This document shows positions 56,291-64,000 of a DNA stretch of 64,000 nucleotides, piece by piece. This stretch comes from an uncultured Gammaproteobacteria bacterium. Its GTDB lineage: Bacteria > Patescibacteriota > Microgenomatia > Levybacterales > UBA12049. The number at the start of each line of letters is the position of its first letter. The first letter of the stretch is position 1. Under the pieces are notes generated by a model, which saw nothing but the letters and a program-made list of their open reading frames with translations, made no database searches and was not told the origin of the DNA. The stretch spans positions 785,313 to 849,312 of the forward strand of contig CAZDOJ010000001.1 in NCBI GenBank assembly GCA_964507055.1, in the 5' to 3' direction. A program made the position numbers and the translations under genes.

Positions 56291-57682
56291 TTAGTCCTTC
56301 TTATAAAAAATCTGTAACAATGTTCGTGTCACAAAAATAGCTGAGAAGAGTGAAACAATAATACCAAGTGCAAGGGTAAAAGCAAAGCCACGAACAACAC
56401 CAGTTCCAAAATAGAACAATACTGAACTTGTAATCAAACTTGCCATGTTTGAATCTCGAATCGAAAGCCAAGCTCGCTCAAATCCAAGATCAATTGCTGC
56501 TCTATTTGATCGACCACGTCGCTGTTCTTCCTTCATTCTTTCAAAGATAAGAATATTTGCATCCACTGCGATACCTACAGAGAGGATAAATCCTGCGATA
56601 CCTGCGAGTGTCAATGTAACAGGAATTAATCGGAACAAAGCAAGAAGAATTAATGAATACACGGCTAATGCGATTGAAGCAATAAAACCAAGTCTTCCAT
56701 AAAGAACAGTCATAAAGATTACGACAACGACAAAACCAATGAGTCCTGCAAGAAGACTTTTTTGCACTGATTCTTGACCAAGTGTCGCACCAATCGCCTG
56801 CTGTTGAAGTACATCAAGTGAAACTGGTAAAGCACCCGCATTGAGTTGGATTTGCAAACTGTTAGCCTGTTGTGTATTAAAGTCGCCGGTGATAACAGCA
56901 CTTCCTCCAAAGATTGGTTCATTCACTCGAGGTGCTTCAATAAGTTGATCATCAAGTGCAATAGCTATAATCTTTCCCACATTTCGTTCTGTAATGTCCC
57001 CAAATTTCTTCGCTCCGTCTGTTGTAAATTGAAGCTCTACTTGCGGCTTCCCTGAATTTGGATCGAAGACAACTGATGCTTTTTTGAGATCATTACCATT
57101 GAGTTCTGTTTGCTTTGCAGTCGGACCAAGTAACTGAGGAATTCCGAGAGGTTTTCCCTGTGCTGCCAAGGCAGCGGCTTCACTTGCTGATTCAGCTGAG
57201 CCACTTGCAAGAGGTGCTCCTTCTTCCCAAAAAGTTAGCTTTGCCGTTTGACCAACAAGCTGAACAGCCTGATTGACGTCGGTTACACCTGGAATTTCAA
57301 CAAGGATACGATATTCATTACCAGATTTTGAGGTCTGTACTAAGGGCTCAGAAACACCCAAGAAATTAATACGCTTTTCAATAACTTCCTTTGCAGAATT
57401 CAATGCATTCTCACGCTCAGCAGTTGCGACATCTTTCATATCTGCACGCAAAGTAATACTAGTACCACCTTGAAGATCAAGTCCACGCTTAAATGAAAGA
57501 TCTCGCCCTAGGTTTTGGAGTAATGCAATACCTTGGTAATCATATTTCACTGCATAAGATTGTCCTGTGAATGGATTTGGAATAGCGAAGTCAACTTTAA
57601 GAGGAGTAGCGAGATTGATAACAATACTCACAATTGTTACGAAGAGGATTAAAAAAAATGCCATACGGGGGTTATTCATCAT
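56291..57682 (-). CDS. secD: Protein translocase subunit SecD
   Basis: Large periplasmic domain plus C-terminal 6-TM SecD/SecF core ('LGIDLQGG', 'LAGIAGFILSVGIAVDANI'). Confidence 0.9.
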   Translation of the reverse strand: MMNNPRMAFFLILFVTIVSIVINLATPLKVDFAIPNPFTGQSYAVKYDYQGIALLQNLGRDLSFKRGLDLQGGTSITLRADMKDVATAERENALNSAKEVIEKRINFLGVSEPLVQTSKSGNEYRILVEIPGVTDVNQAVQLVGQTAKLTFWEEGAPLASGSAESASEAAALAAQGKPLGIPQLLGPTAKQTELNGNDLKKASVVFDPNSGKPQVELQFTTDGAKKFGDITERNVGKIIAIALDDQLIEAPRVNEPIFGGSAVITGDFNTQQANSLQIQLNAGALPVSLDVLQQQAIGATLGQESVQKSLLAGLIGFVVVVIFMTVLYGRLGFIASIALAVYSLILLALFRLIPVTLTLAGIAGFILSVGIAVDANILIFERMKEEQRRGRSNRAAIDLGFERAWLSIRDSNMASLITSSVLFYFGTGVVRGFAFTLALGIIVSLFSAIFVTRTLLQIFYKKD

Positions 57683-58254
57683 GTCAGTAATCCTTCCTCA
57701 TCTCCGATTATCATTACTCGTGAATTTGAAAGTATAGAGACAATAAATGGATCAGTTCGTTGCTTTCGGAATTTAAATTCCTCTTCAGTCATTGCTGTAT
57801 AGTTAATCTCACTTCCCAAACGCATTTCTTCATTTCGGACAAGAATCGCAAGTTCTGGTAAAACGACTGTTCCTACGACAATCAAGTCGACATCCTCAGG
57901 ATTTTCTTTAATCCTTCGAACAAACTTTCCCGAGAACATCGCGAACTTTATCTTTCCTAACTTTGGCCTATTCTCCAAAATCTGTTGTCCAAGACCGATT
58001 GTCTTTGCACCAATTTTAAGAAGATCAAAATAAAACGGATAATCTTTATTAAGAGAGTAATAAACTCTATTTGCTCGCTGTTCCTTTTGTAGGACACCTT
58101 TTTTCTCAAGTGATAGAAGTTCTCTCCGTACAGCGTTTATTTCTTCTTCCGTTCGACGTACACATTCGCGAACATGATACATTTCGTTAGGTTGTGTTAA
58201 AAAGAGGTTGAGCAGTTTTATACGTGTTTTTGATGTAATTAAATCTGAAAACAT
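57679..58254 (-). CDS. Hypothetical protein with an N-terminal winged-helix-like DNA-binding domain; first gene of the secDF operon
   Basis: The 'KTRIKLLNLFLTQPNEMYHVRECVRRTEEEINAVRRELLSLEKKGVL' pattern is wHTH-like. Confidence 0.35.
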   Translation of the reverse strand: MFSDLITSKTRIKLLNLFLTQPNEMYHVRECVRRTEEEINAVRRELLSLEKKGVLQKEQRANRVYYSLNKDYPFYFDLLKIGAKTIGLGQQILENRPKLGKIKFAMFSGKFVRRIKENPEDVDLIVVGTVVLPELAILVRNEEMRLGSEINYTAMTEEEFKFRKQRTDPFIVSILSNSRVMIIGDEEGLLT

Positions 58255-58335
58255 ACTTTTAAGAGTCTTTGGAGATTATAGCAAAGATGTGTTCATTTTG
58301 ACTAGATTGAGTTTTACTATAGATCTTTCTGAGGA

Positions 58336-59490
58336 TTACTTAACATTTACGTCTGCACCAATTGCCTGCACTTCGAACCAAATTTTACCAGGATTGAATT
58401 TAATATCCTGGCCACTACTATCTGTTAAACTTAAATGAGCCTGTCTATCTGCCTTTTCCCAAGTTGCTTCGATTTCTTTACCTCCTACAAAGACAAGTGC
58501 ATCTCCGGAACCCTTCGTACCATAAAGCATGTGTGCATTATTCTCATAGCCATCATTCGCATGACTTTCTTTCATAAAGAGTACTACTACATTTGTTGTA
58601 CTTAATTGTTTTTTGGTATTACGATCCATATGTGGATCTCCGCCATTCTTTCTGAGATAGACATTTGCCGTAGGGTCATAGGTCCAAGTTACAGAGTAAT
58701 CTGGGTAATCCCATGGGATATCAATTATTTGTGCTTTTGTTCCGACAACTGGCTTGGAATTAAATGTATACGGTGTAAATGATTCATCCCATGCCTTACC
58801 GTCTTTATCAACATTTGTCAGACCTCGCTCTTTTCCGACATCCCACAACTTAGTTGTAACAGAATACATTGTATGTTCTGTAGCAACTTCTCGACCCAAT
58901 CTACTTTCGTCACGCTTAAATGTAGGGAAACCAATTGAGAATTGACTAAGATCATTATATGAACCCCAACCATAATCATTAATTTGTCCAAGTGCGTTTG
59001 CAGGTCCAGGAGTATTTGCACCGCCTACGTGTGCATAAAGAGGATATTCACCATATTCAGATACAAAATCTAAGAAATAAGTACGTGCAGAACGGACAGG
59101 GCCAACGATACCAGCATCCTGACAATAGTAAATATTAAGTGTTCTTGTAATACCGCCTTCTGCAATTACTTCGTACGTTATATCTGCAGCTTCAATACCG
59201 GATTGTGGACGAGCATCAAGATGGTTTTCAATCATAACACCAAGAGGTCCATGAGTTTCCCACCATGCTTTCTGGTCTTTTGGATAGAGAACTCCTGTAA
59301 GGGGACACGCTTCTGTCTTTTCACCTTCAAATGTTAACGCTTCATAATCATTAGTAACTTTTCCACCATCAGCTTTTGGCTTATCACCACCAGCTAAGTT
59401 TGTGAGTGCGGGTTGTTGGGAAAAAATTGCGTAGGAGGCACCGGCAGTAATAAGATAAACGATAAATCCTAATAAAAATATTTTTTTCAT
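58336..59490 (-). CDS. DUF3048 domain-containing secreted protein (YerB-like)
   Basis: 'CPLTG', 'ARPQSGIEAADI(T)YE' and 'EGGITR' blocks characteristic of DUF3048. N-terminal signal. Confidence 0.6.
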   Translation of the reverse strand: MKKIFLLGFIVYLITAGASYAIFSQQPALTNLAGGDKPKADGGKVTNDYEALTFEGEKTEACPLTGVLYPKDQKAWWETHGPLGVMIENHLDARPQSGIEAADITYEVIAEGGITRTLNIYYCQDAGIVGPVRSARTYFLDFVSEYGEYPLYAHVGGANTPGPANALGQINDYGWGSYNDLSQFSIGFPTFKRDESRLGREVATEHTMYSVTTKLWDVGKERGLTNVDKDGKAWDESFTPYTFNSKPVVGTKAQIIDIPWDYPDYSVTWTYDPTANVYLRKNGGDPHMDRNTKKQLSTTNVVVLFMKESHANDGYENNAHMLYGTKGSGDALVFVGGKEIEATWEKADRQAHLSLTDSSGQDIKFNPGKIWFEVQAIGADVNVK

Positions 59491-59505
59491 ATTGGCAGTC
59501 TATTC

Positions 59506-59973
59506 TCAGTTATTTGAAGCTACAGCCATTTTAATAGCTTTCTTTTCTTCTTCTGAGAGTTCAAGTTCTACACCTTTTCCTCGAAAGACCTTTTTGGTAT
59601 ACCATCTTGTCCCAGTTCGAGAATAAAGTGCTGTTATAACGATACCCGTATCATGTGCATCTACCATTGCTAAGATAAAACTTTGATCTCCTCCCGTATC
59701 TTTAAACGGATTAAAACGAAGAAGACCGATTTTCTGCAAATGATACCGTTCGTCTTTTTCTATTCTATCACAACGAGCAACTAGTTTGGCAATATCTTTT
59801 TTACTTTCATGAATATCTGTCGTAACACTACTGAGAATATCATCAAGATTTTTTTTACTTCCTCCTTGAGATAAAACTACGTAATTCGAGCGTAATTTTC
59901 GCAAAGAAAGGGTTGTAAAGATAAGCCAAATAATAACAATTATAAGTCCGATTAATGCAAGCTGAACTGCCAT
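59506..59973 (-). CDS. DUF4446 family protein
   Basis: N-terminal TM and the 'QKIGLLRFNPFKDTGGDQSFILAMVDAHDTGIVITALYSR' core typical of DUF4446. Confidence 0.5.
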   Translation of the reverse strand: MAVQLALIGLIIVIIWLIFTTLSLRKLRSNYVVLSQGGSKKNLDDILSSVTTDIHESKKDIAKLVARCDRIEKDERYHLQKIGLLRFNPFKDTGGDQSFILAMVDAHDTGIVITALYSRTGTRWYTKKVFRGKGVELELSEEEKKAIKMAVASNN

Positions 59974-60030
59974 AGAGACATATTAGCCTCTTGACATGCT
60001 ACAAGTCAATAGTGTAACCTAGGCTCATTC

Positions 60031-60354
60031 ATGCCTAAAAAGAAACGTACACGTCAACAGAAGTTACAGACAGATGCAAAGCGTCAGTCAACACCGAGGA
60101 CTCACGTTAATGCCTCCGCTGCAGTTACTCGTGAAGTTAAAGAGCCAAGAAGCAAAGAAACCCCATCTGGTACATTTTCACTCCCAGAAAAATATATAGA
60201 GCAAGTAGCTACCGCAACTCATATCCCACCAAAAACAGTTACTATCGCAACAGCAGAATATGGTTATCTTCGCGGAGATCTATTAAAAACCACCTTGTTA
60301 ACTTTTGGTATCGTTGCTATCGAGCTAATTGTGCACTTTTTTGTTATGAATTAG
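60031..60354 (+). CDS. Hypothetical small protein with a basic N-terminus and a C-terminal TM
   Basis: ORF plus composition. Confidence 0.4.
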   Translation: MPKKKRTRQQKLQTDAKRQSTPRTHVNASAAVTREVKEPRSKETPSGTFSLPEKYIEQVATATHIPPKTVTIATAEYGYLRGDLLKTTLLTFGIVAIELIVHFFVMN

Positions 60355-60484
60355 TGACTGATTATTACCACCATTGTGCAAAGCAATGGAAGTTATTTAT
60401 GAAACATCTGATATTATTCGCAGTTGCACCCCATACTCTGTTATGCAGTTCTATGAGGTATATGAAGGGAGGTGAATGATAACT

Positions 60485-60628
60485 ATGGCATCAATGTATT
60501 GTGTTAAATGTCGCGCAAAGAAAGAAGTCGACAATCCAGAAAAGGTTACTATGAAAAATGGTAAACCAGCTTTGAAGGCAAAGTGCCCAACTTGTGGTAC
60601 AGGTATGTACAAAATTGGCGCAAACTAG
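60485..60628 (+). CDS. Small zinc-ribbon protein (DUF5679-like, 47 aa: MASMYCVKCRAKKEVDNPEKVTMKNGKPALKAKCPTCGTGMYKIGAN)
   Basis: Two CxxC pairs. GGGAGGTGA ribosome binding site. Absent from the track because it is under 60 aa. Followed by a strong intrinsic terminator. Confidence 0.5.
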   Translation: MASMYCVKCRAKKEVDNPEKVTMKNGKPALKAKCPTCGTGMYKIGAN

Positions 60629-60700
60629 TCTGAAGCAATTATGTTATCACTTTGTGATAACCGCTTTCTCCTTGAAGCCAAAACTTCAAGGAACATAATA

Positions 60701-60726
60701 AAACCCCGCTTTTGCGGGGTTTTTAT
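60701..60726 (+). terminator. Rho-independent terminator AAACCCCGC-tttt-GCGGGGTTTTTATTTT
   Basis: GC-rich 6-bp stem plus a U-tract. Two further hairpins precede it (60643-60661 and 60671-60690). Confidence 0.65.
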
Positions 60727-60782
60727 TTTATAAACCTACTACGCCTTGACATCAAATTTGCAGAGATGAAACAATAGACGTA

Positions 60783-62375
60783 GTGAAATCAATCATCAAC
60801 TTCTTCAAAGCAATTGGCAACTTCTTGAACAACTCAGAAGATTATATGGATGACCGTGTAAGGACTGGCTTATTTGTCGATGATATAAAACGTCTTGAGA
60901 AAGAAAATAAAGAGCATCTTTCTAAAGAAACCAAAAAGATATCAGCAAAAATAGAAAAATCTTCTTCATATCAAAAAGCGATGAGTCTCCTAAAATCTTT
61001 CTGGAAAATTCTTCTGCGAATCCCCTTTTTTGAAGATGGCTTCTTTTTACTGAAAGATGCGATAACAATTGCTATTAAGTACTATGCAATCCTCTTTATA
61101 ACCTTTGCATTTACTTTCCCAACTTTGGTTCTGCTTATGAATTTCTTTGATTCAAATGTAACAGTATTTTTCTTTGGACTATTACCAATCATTTTGTGGA
61201 ATATCTACTGCTTATCTGCATTATATCTATGTATCCAAAAGCGAGAAAAAGGAGAAAAAATCCAGCTTTGGCCTTGTTATTCTTTGGTTTTTAAACAATT
61301 GCCATCTATATTATTTATAAGTATATCGCAATTAGCAGTATTTATAGAGGTTACAGTATTGTACTCAATTGTATTATTATTCTTTGGATACTTCTTTGAT
61401 GCTATAGGTTTACCATGGGGTGATTCATTTATCTATTGGTTTGGGACAATATTTTTTGGACTTTTACTACTTATTGGTATTTTTATCTTTACGATCATAT
61501 TGCATCAATCATATTTTTATTCCCTATTTGAAGGTAAAAAAATAAATGATGCATTTCATGCAGGAATTTTTGTAGTCAAAATATACGCTACGCCAATAAT
61601 TATCTTTTACTTATTAGTCTATATCTTCGCTTGTGCAATAATTTATGGGGCGTCACTATACTATTTATATATAGGTTTTGCTTTAAGTATCTATCTGCTC
61701 CTTCATGCTAGTATCTTTCTCGGCTTTTTATTACGAAGAAGGTTTTTTAATACTCTGTCTGTTCAATCTACAAATGTTAGTACCAAATCTACATTTACAT
61801 TCACTATCCTTATCATTTTTGGTTTTGTAAATTATGTACTTAGTGCATTTGTTATCACTAGTCAGTTCCAATACATAACAAGTAGTGTAGAAAAATATAG
61901 AGATAATTATTTCTTGTCGAAAGCCCTTATAACATACACAAACGACATTTATGGGTTCATGATCCAGTATCCTCAAAACTGGGCGGACTATGAATGGAGA
62001 GGTAGTTCTGTGACCTTCTATAATAACTACACAGGGACAGTTACCGGAGGTATATGGCTTAATATCTCAGTTACTCCTTATTCAGATGAAGCATTTGTCA
62101 AATATTATGAGGCAAGACCCGGGCTTGTGACCTTAAATAAAGATACCAATGATGTGATAACCAAAGTTTCAAATATTTCTGTCCAAGGTTATCCTGGGGT
62201 AAACTATACCTACTATATTCCACAGGATCCTTATCCACAATATCAGACACATTATATAATCCGTAAAGATCAATATCTCTATAGAATTACATTTACAACA
62301 CTCGATAAAGATGTTGAAGGAAATAATACCGATTTATATGAAAGGGTTGTCGGATCGTTTAGATTTCTCCAATAA
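60783..62375 (+). CDS. Hypothetical polytopic membrane protein with a C-terminal extracytoplasmic domain (GTG start as given in the track)
   Basis: About eight TM helices, then a ~170-aa soluble domain. Confidence 0.45.
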   Translation: MKSIINFFKAIGNFLNNSEDYMDDRVRTGLFVDDIKRLEKENKEHLSKETKKISAKIEKSSSYQKAMSLLKSFWKILLRIPFFEDGFFLLKDAITIAIKYYAILFITFAFTFPTLVLLMNFFDSNVTVFFFGLLPIILWNIYCLSALYLCIQKREKGEKIQLWPCYSLVFKQLPSILFISISQLAVFIEVTVLYSIVLLFFGYFFDAIGLPWGDSFIYWFGTIFFGLLLLIGIFIFTIILHQSYFYSLFEGKKINDAFHAGIFVVKIYATPIIIFYLLVYIFACAIIYGASLYYLYIGFALSIYLLLHASIFLGFLLRRRFFNTLSVQSTNVSTKSTFTFTILIIFGFVNYVLSAFVITSQFQYITSSVEKYRDNYFLSKALITYTNDIYGFMIQYPQNWADYEWRGSSVTFYNNYTGTVTGGIWLNISVTPYSDEAFVKYYEARPGLVTLNKDTNDVITKVSNISVQGYPGVNYTYYIPQDPYPQYQTHYIIRKDQYLYRITFTTLDKDVEGNNTDLYERVVGSFRFLQ

Positions 62376-62389
62376 TTCTCTTCTTTTTA

Positions 62390-63082
62390 ATGAGTACGCC
62401 AATACAAATAACTAATCATAATCATGAAGTAATACATGGTGTACTGAAAGATCAAAGGACGTTACAACCAATGATCTTAATATGTAATGGTTACAAAAGC
62501 ACACGTACTCACCCTGCAATTACAGCAATTGCAAATAAATTGTATAAAAAAGGTCATACAGTTTTTACGTTTAATTACTCAAAAAGTGCTCAAGCTAGTA
62601 ATGTCGAGGGGCAGGTCAATGACATTCAGGCAATCATTACTCACTTTGTTGAGTATAAGGAGTTTATTGTAATTGGGGGAAGCTTTGGAGCACTAAGTGC
62701 AACAATCGGAGCTCGTAAGTTGGATCAAATTAAAAAACTTATAACTATTAATGGCTTCTTCGGCACAAATGAATTACTCGGAAAAACAAAAAGAATGTTT
62801 ACATTATTTAGCATTGCTTCATACTTTATACCTAAATATAAAAAAACCTTTACCTATATTCAGAAAGAATTATTCTTAGGCAAAGTTACTGTCCCTACTC
62901 TAGTAATCTATGCTGAAGATGATGAAATAGTAAAAAGTATCCAATCAAAAAAGTTTTTTGATCAACTACAAAAAGATAAACATATCCATATTTTAAAAAA
63001 TGCCGATCATCATCTTACGAAACATGAATCAATCGAAGAAGTAGTTACCATTATCGACTCCTGGATAACATCAAAAAGTTAG
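62390..63082 (+). CDS. Alpha/beta hydrolase fold protein
   Basis: Nucleophile elbow 'IGGSFGA' (GxSxG) and a C-terminal 'DH' catalytic His region. Confidence 0.65.
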   Translation: MSTPIQITNHNHEVIHGVLKDQRTLQPMILICNGYKSTRTHPAITAIANKLYKKGHTVFTFNYSKSAQASNVEGQVNDIQAIITHFVEYKEFIVIGGSFGALSATIGARKLDQIKKLITINGFFGTNELLGKTKRMFTLFSIASYFIPKYKKTFTYIQKELFLGKVTVPTLVIYAEDDEIVKSIQSKKFFDQLQKDKHIHILKNADHHLTKHESIEEVVTIIDSWITSKS

Positions 63083-63086
63083 AAGA

Positions 63087-63947
63087 TTATTGTTCGTGCC
63101 CTAATTTAAATACTTTCACATGTTTGAGATCCCATTGTCCTTTTATAACTGCAGTGCCAAAGCCCGCAACCTCATATAAAGGATCACCGAGAGGTTTGCA
63201 TTCAGGATCTTCGCAAACAACCATTAGCTGTGTCGTTACAGTACGTCTATCAGGGTCCACAGCGGGAGTTTCGATAGTAACTGGCTTACGACCATATATT
63301 TCCATATAATATCTATATCCATGATCAGAATTCCCAGGAGTAATAAGTGCAAAATTAAATGGCTTGTCATCTAATTTTGAAATAACAAATTCCGATATGT
63401 TTTTAATTTGATCTTTTTGCTTATTTGGTTCAAATCGAAAAGGATTGTGCATCAGATTTAAGACAAGTAACCCAACCAAAAGTAATCCAGATAAATAGGC
63501 TCCATAGAAGATTTTTCCTTTCTTTAGATCAGCAATCCTTGATAATAAGTAGCCGATCATCAAGAACGGTAAAGGAAAAAGGAAGACTAAATAGTAATCA
63601 TAGATAGGTTTTTTATAAAAGCCGAAAAGAAAAACGCCAATCACTAACCAGACAAGTAAGAGCATTACTGCAAGTTTGTTCTTGTAGCGAACTAACACAA
63701 TGATGGTAGCCAGAGCCACAATCATCACCAATAAACCGAATAACTGTAAAAATATGAGAGAAAAGTCAGAATAATCGACAGGCTGTGGAAAAACAAAAAG
63801 TAACCTAGCAAATGTCCTGAAGAATACATCTGCAATGGGTTCATAAAAGGCATTGTATGTAGCATATCCACTTTGTGCACTATCCGTCGTAATAAATGCA
63901 AAAATTGTTTTAAGGTTAGGGAATCCGTGTCGTACTTCAAATGCCAA
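63087..63947 (-). CDS. Hypothetical membrane protein (possibly the C-terminal part of a larger glycosyltransferase-like membrane protein; upstream extent unclear near the window edge)
   Basis: Several TM helices, then a soluble C-terminal domain. Confidence 0.4.
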   Translation of the reverse strand: MAFEVRHGFPNLKTIFAFITTDSAQSGYATYNAFYEPIADVFFRTFARLLFVFPQPVDYSDFSLIFLQLFGLLVMIVALATIIVLVRYKNKLAVMLLLVWLVIGVFLFGFYKKPIYDYYLVFLFPLPFLMIGYLLSRIADLKKGKIFYGAYLSGLLLVGLLVLNLMHNPFRFEPNKQKDQIKNISEFVISKLDDKPFNFALITPGNSDHGYRYYMEIYGRKPVTIETPAVDPDRRTVTTQLMVVCEDPECKPLGDPLYEVAGFGTAVIKGQWDLKHVKVFKLGHEQ

Positions 63948-64000
63948 AAATGGTGAAAACCCAATAATAAAGCCAATAAAGATCTGTAAGTAATATTTAA

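Noticed and set aside
1-64000. CRISPR arrays, rRNA genes, transposases or integrases
   Set aside because: I saw no direct-repeat/spacer arrays, no rRNA-like conserved blocks, and no DDE, tyrosine-recombinase or serine-recombinase ORFs in any frame.

Overview
AT-rich bacterial chromosomal window read with the standard genetic code (TAA, TAG and TGA all act as stops). It is densely packed with about 80 genes, many in 4-nt-overlap operons. Pro/Thr-rich linkers in secreted proteins, a DUF5679 zinc-ribbon mini-protein and many small orphan membrane proteins suggest a reduced-genome lineage (CPR/Patescibacteria-like or a low-GC Gram-positive relative); this is inference only. Housekeeping content that I recognise: hflX, ribE-ribH plus a stand-alone riboflavin kinase, gltX, an archaeal-type AspRS/AsnRS, recJ, cca, mscL, secDF, dgkA plus a PAP2 phosphatase, a YqeY protein, Nudix and HAD hydrolases, an ABC exporter, an MFS DHA2 pump, a UvrA-like ATPase, two S11 D-Ala-D-Ala carboxypeptidases, a GH18 fragment and tRNA-Gln(CUG). 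The most interesting region is 24.7-30.4 kb on the minus strand. There, an OmpR-type response regulator, a strongly ribosome-binding-site-driven 35-codon ORF not in the supplied track (peptide ends ...FHPWS), a 6-TM histidine kinase whose phosphorylated-His box looks like AgrC/ComD (HPK10), a two-domain terpene-cyclase-like protein (DxDDT motif plus DDxxD motif), a canonical polyprenyl diphosphate synthase and a DUF4180-like protein lie in tandem. An exact 22-bp element sits about 20 nt upstream of both the regulator and the cyclase starts, and a 10-4-10 palindrome lies beside the regulator copy. I read this as a candidate ComQXPA-like isoprenoid-modified peptide-pheromone system, permuted and apparently undescribed. 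Other items worth a second look: a roughly 800-aa surface protein with nine 'NNLSE(I/L)TD...AR.NLGLG' repeats next to a metzincin; tandem-duplicated secreted proteins with FN3-like Cys modules; MscL with a C-terminal Cys4 ribbon; a terminator/antiterminator leader before an orphan 485-aa protein; and a structured RNA candidate before a zinc-ribbon gene.
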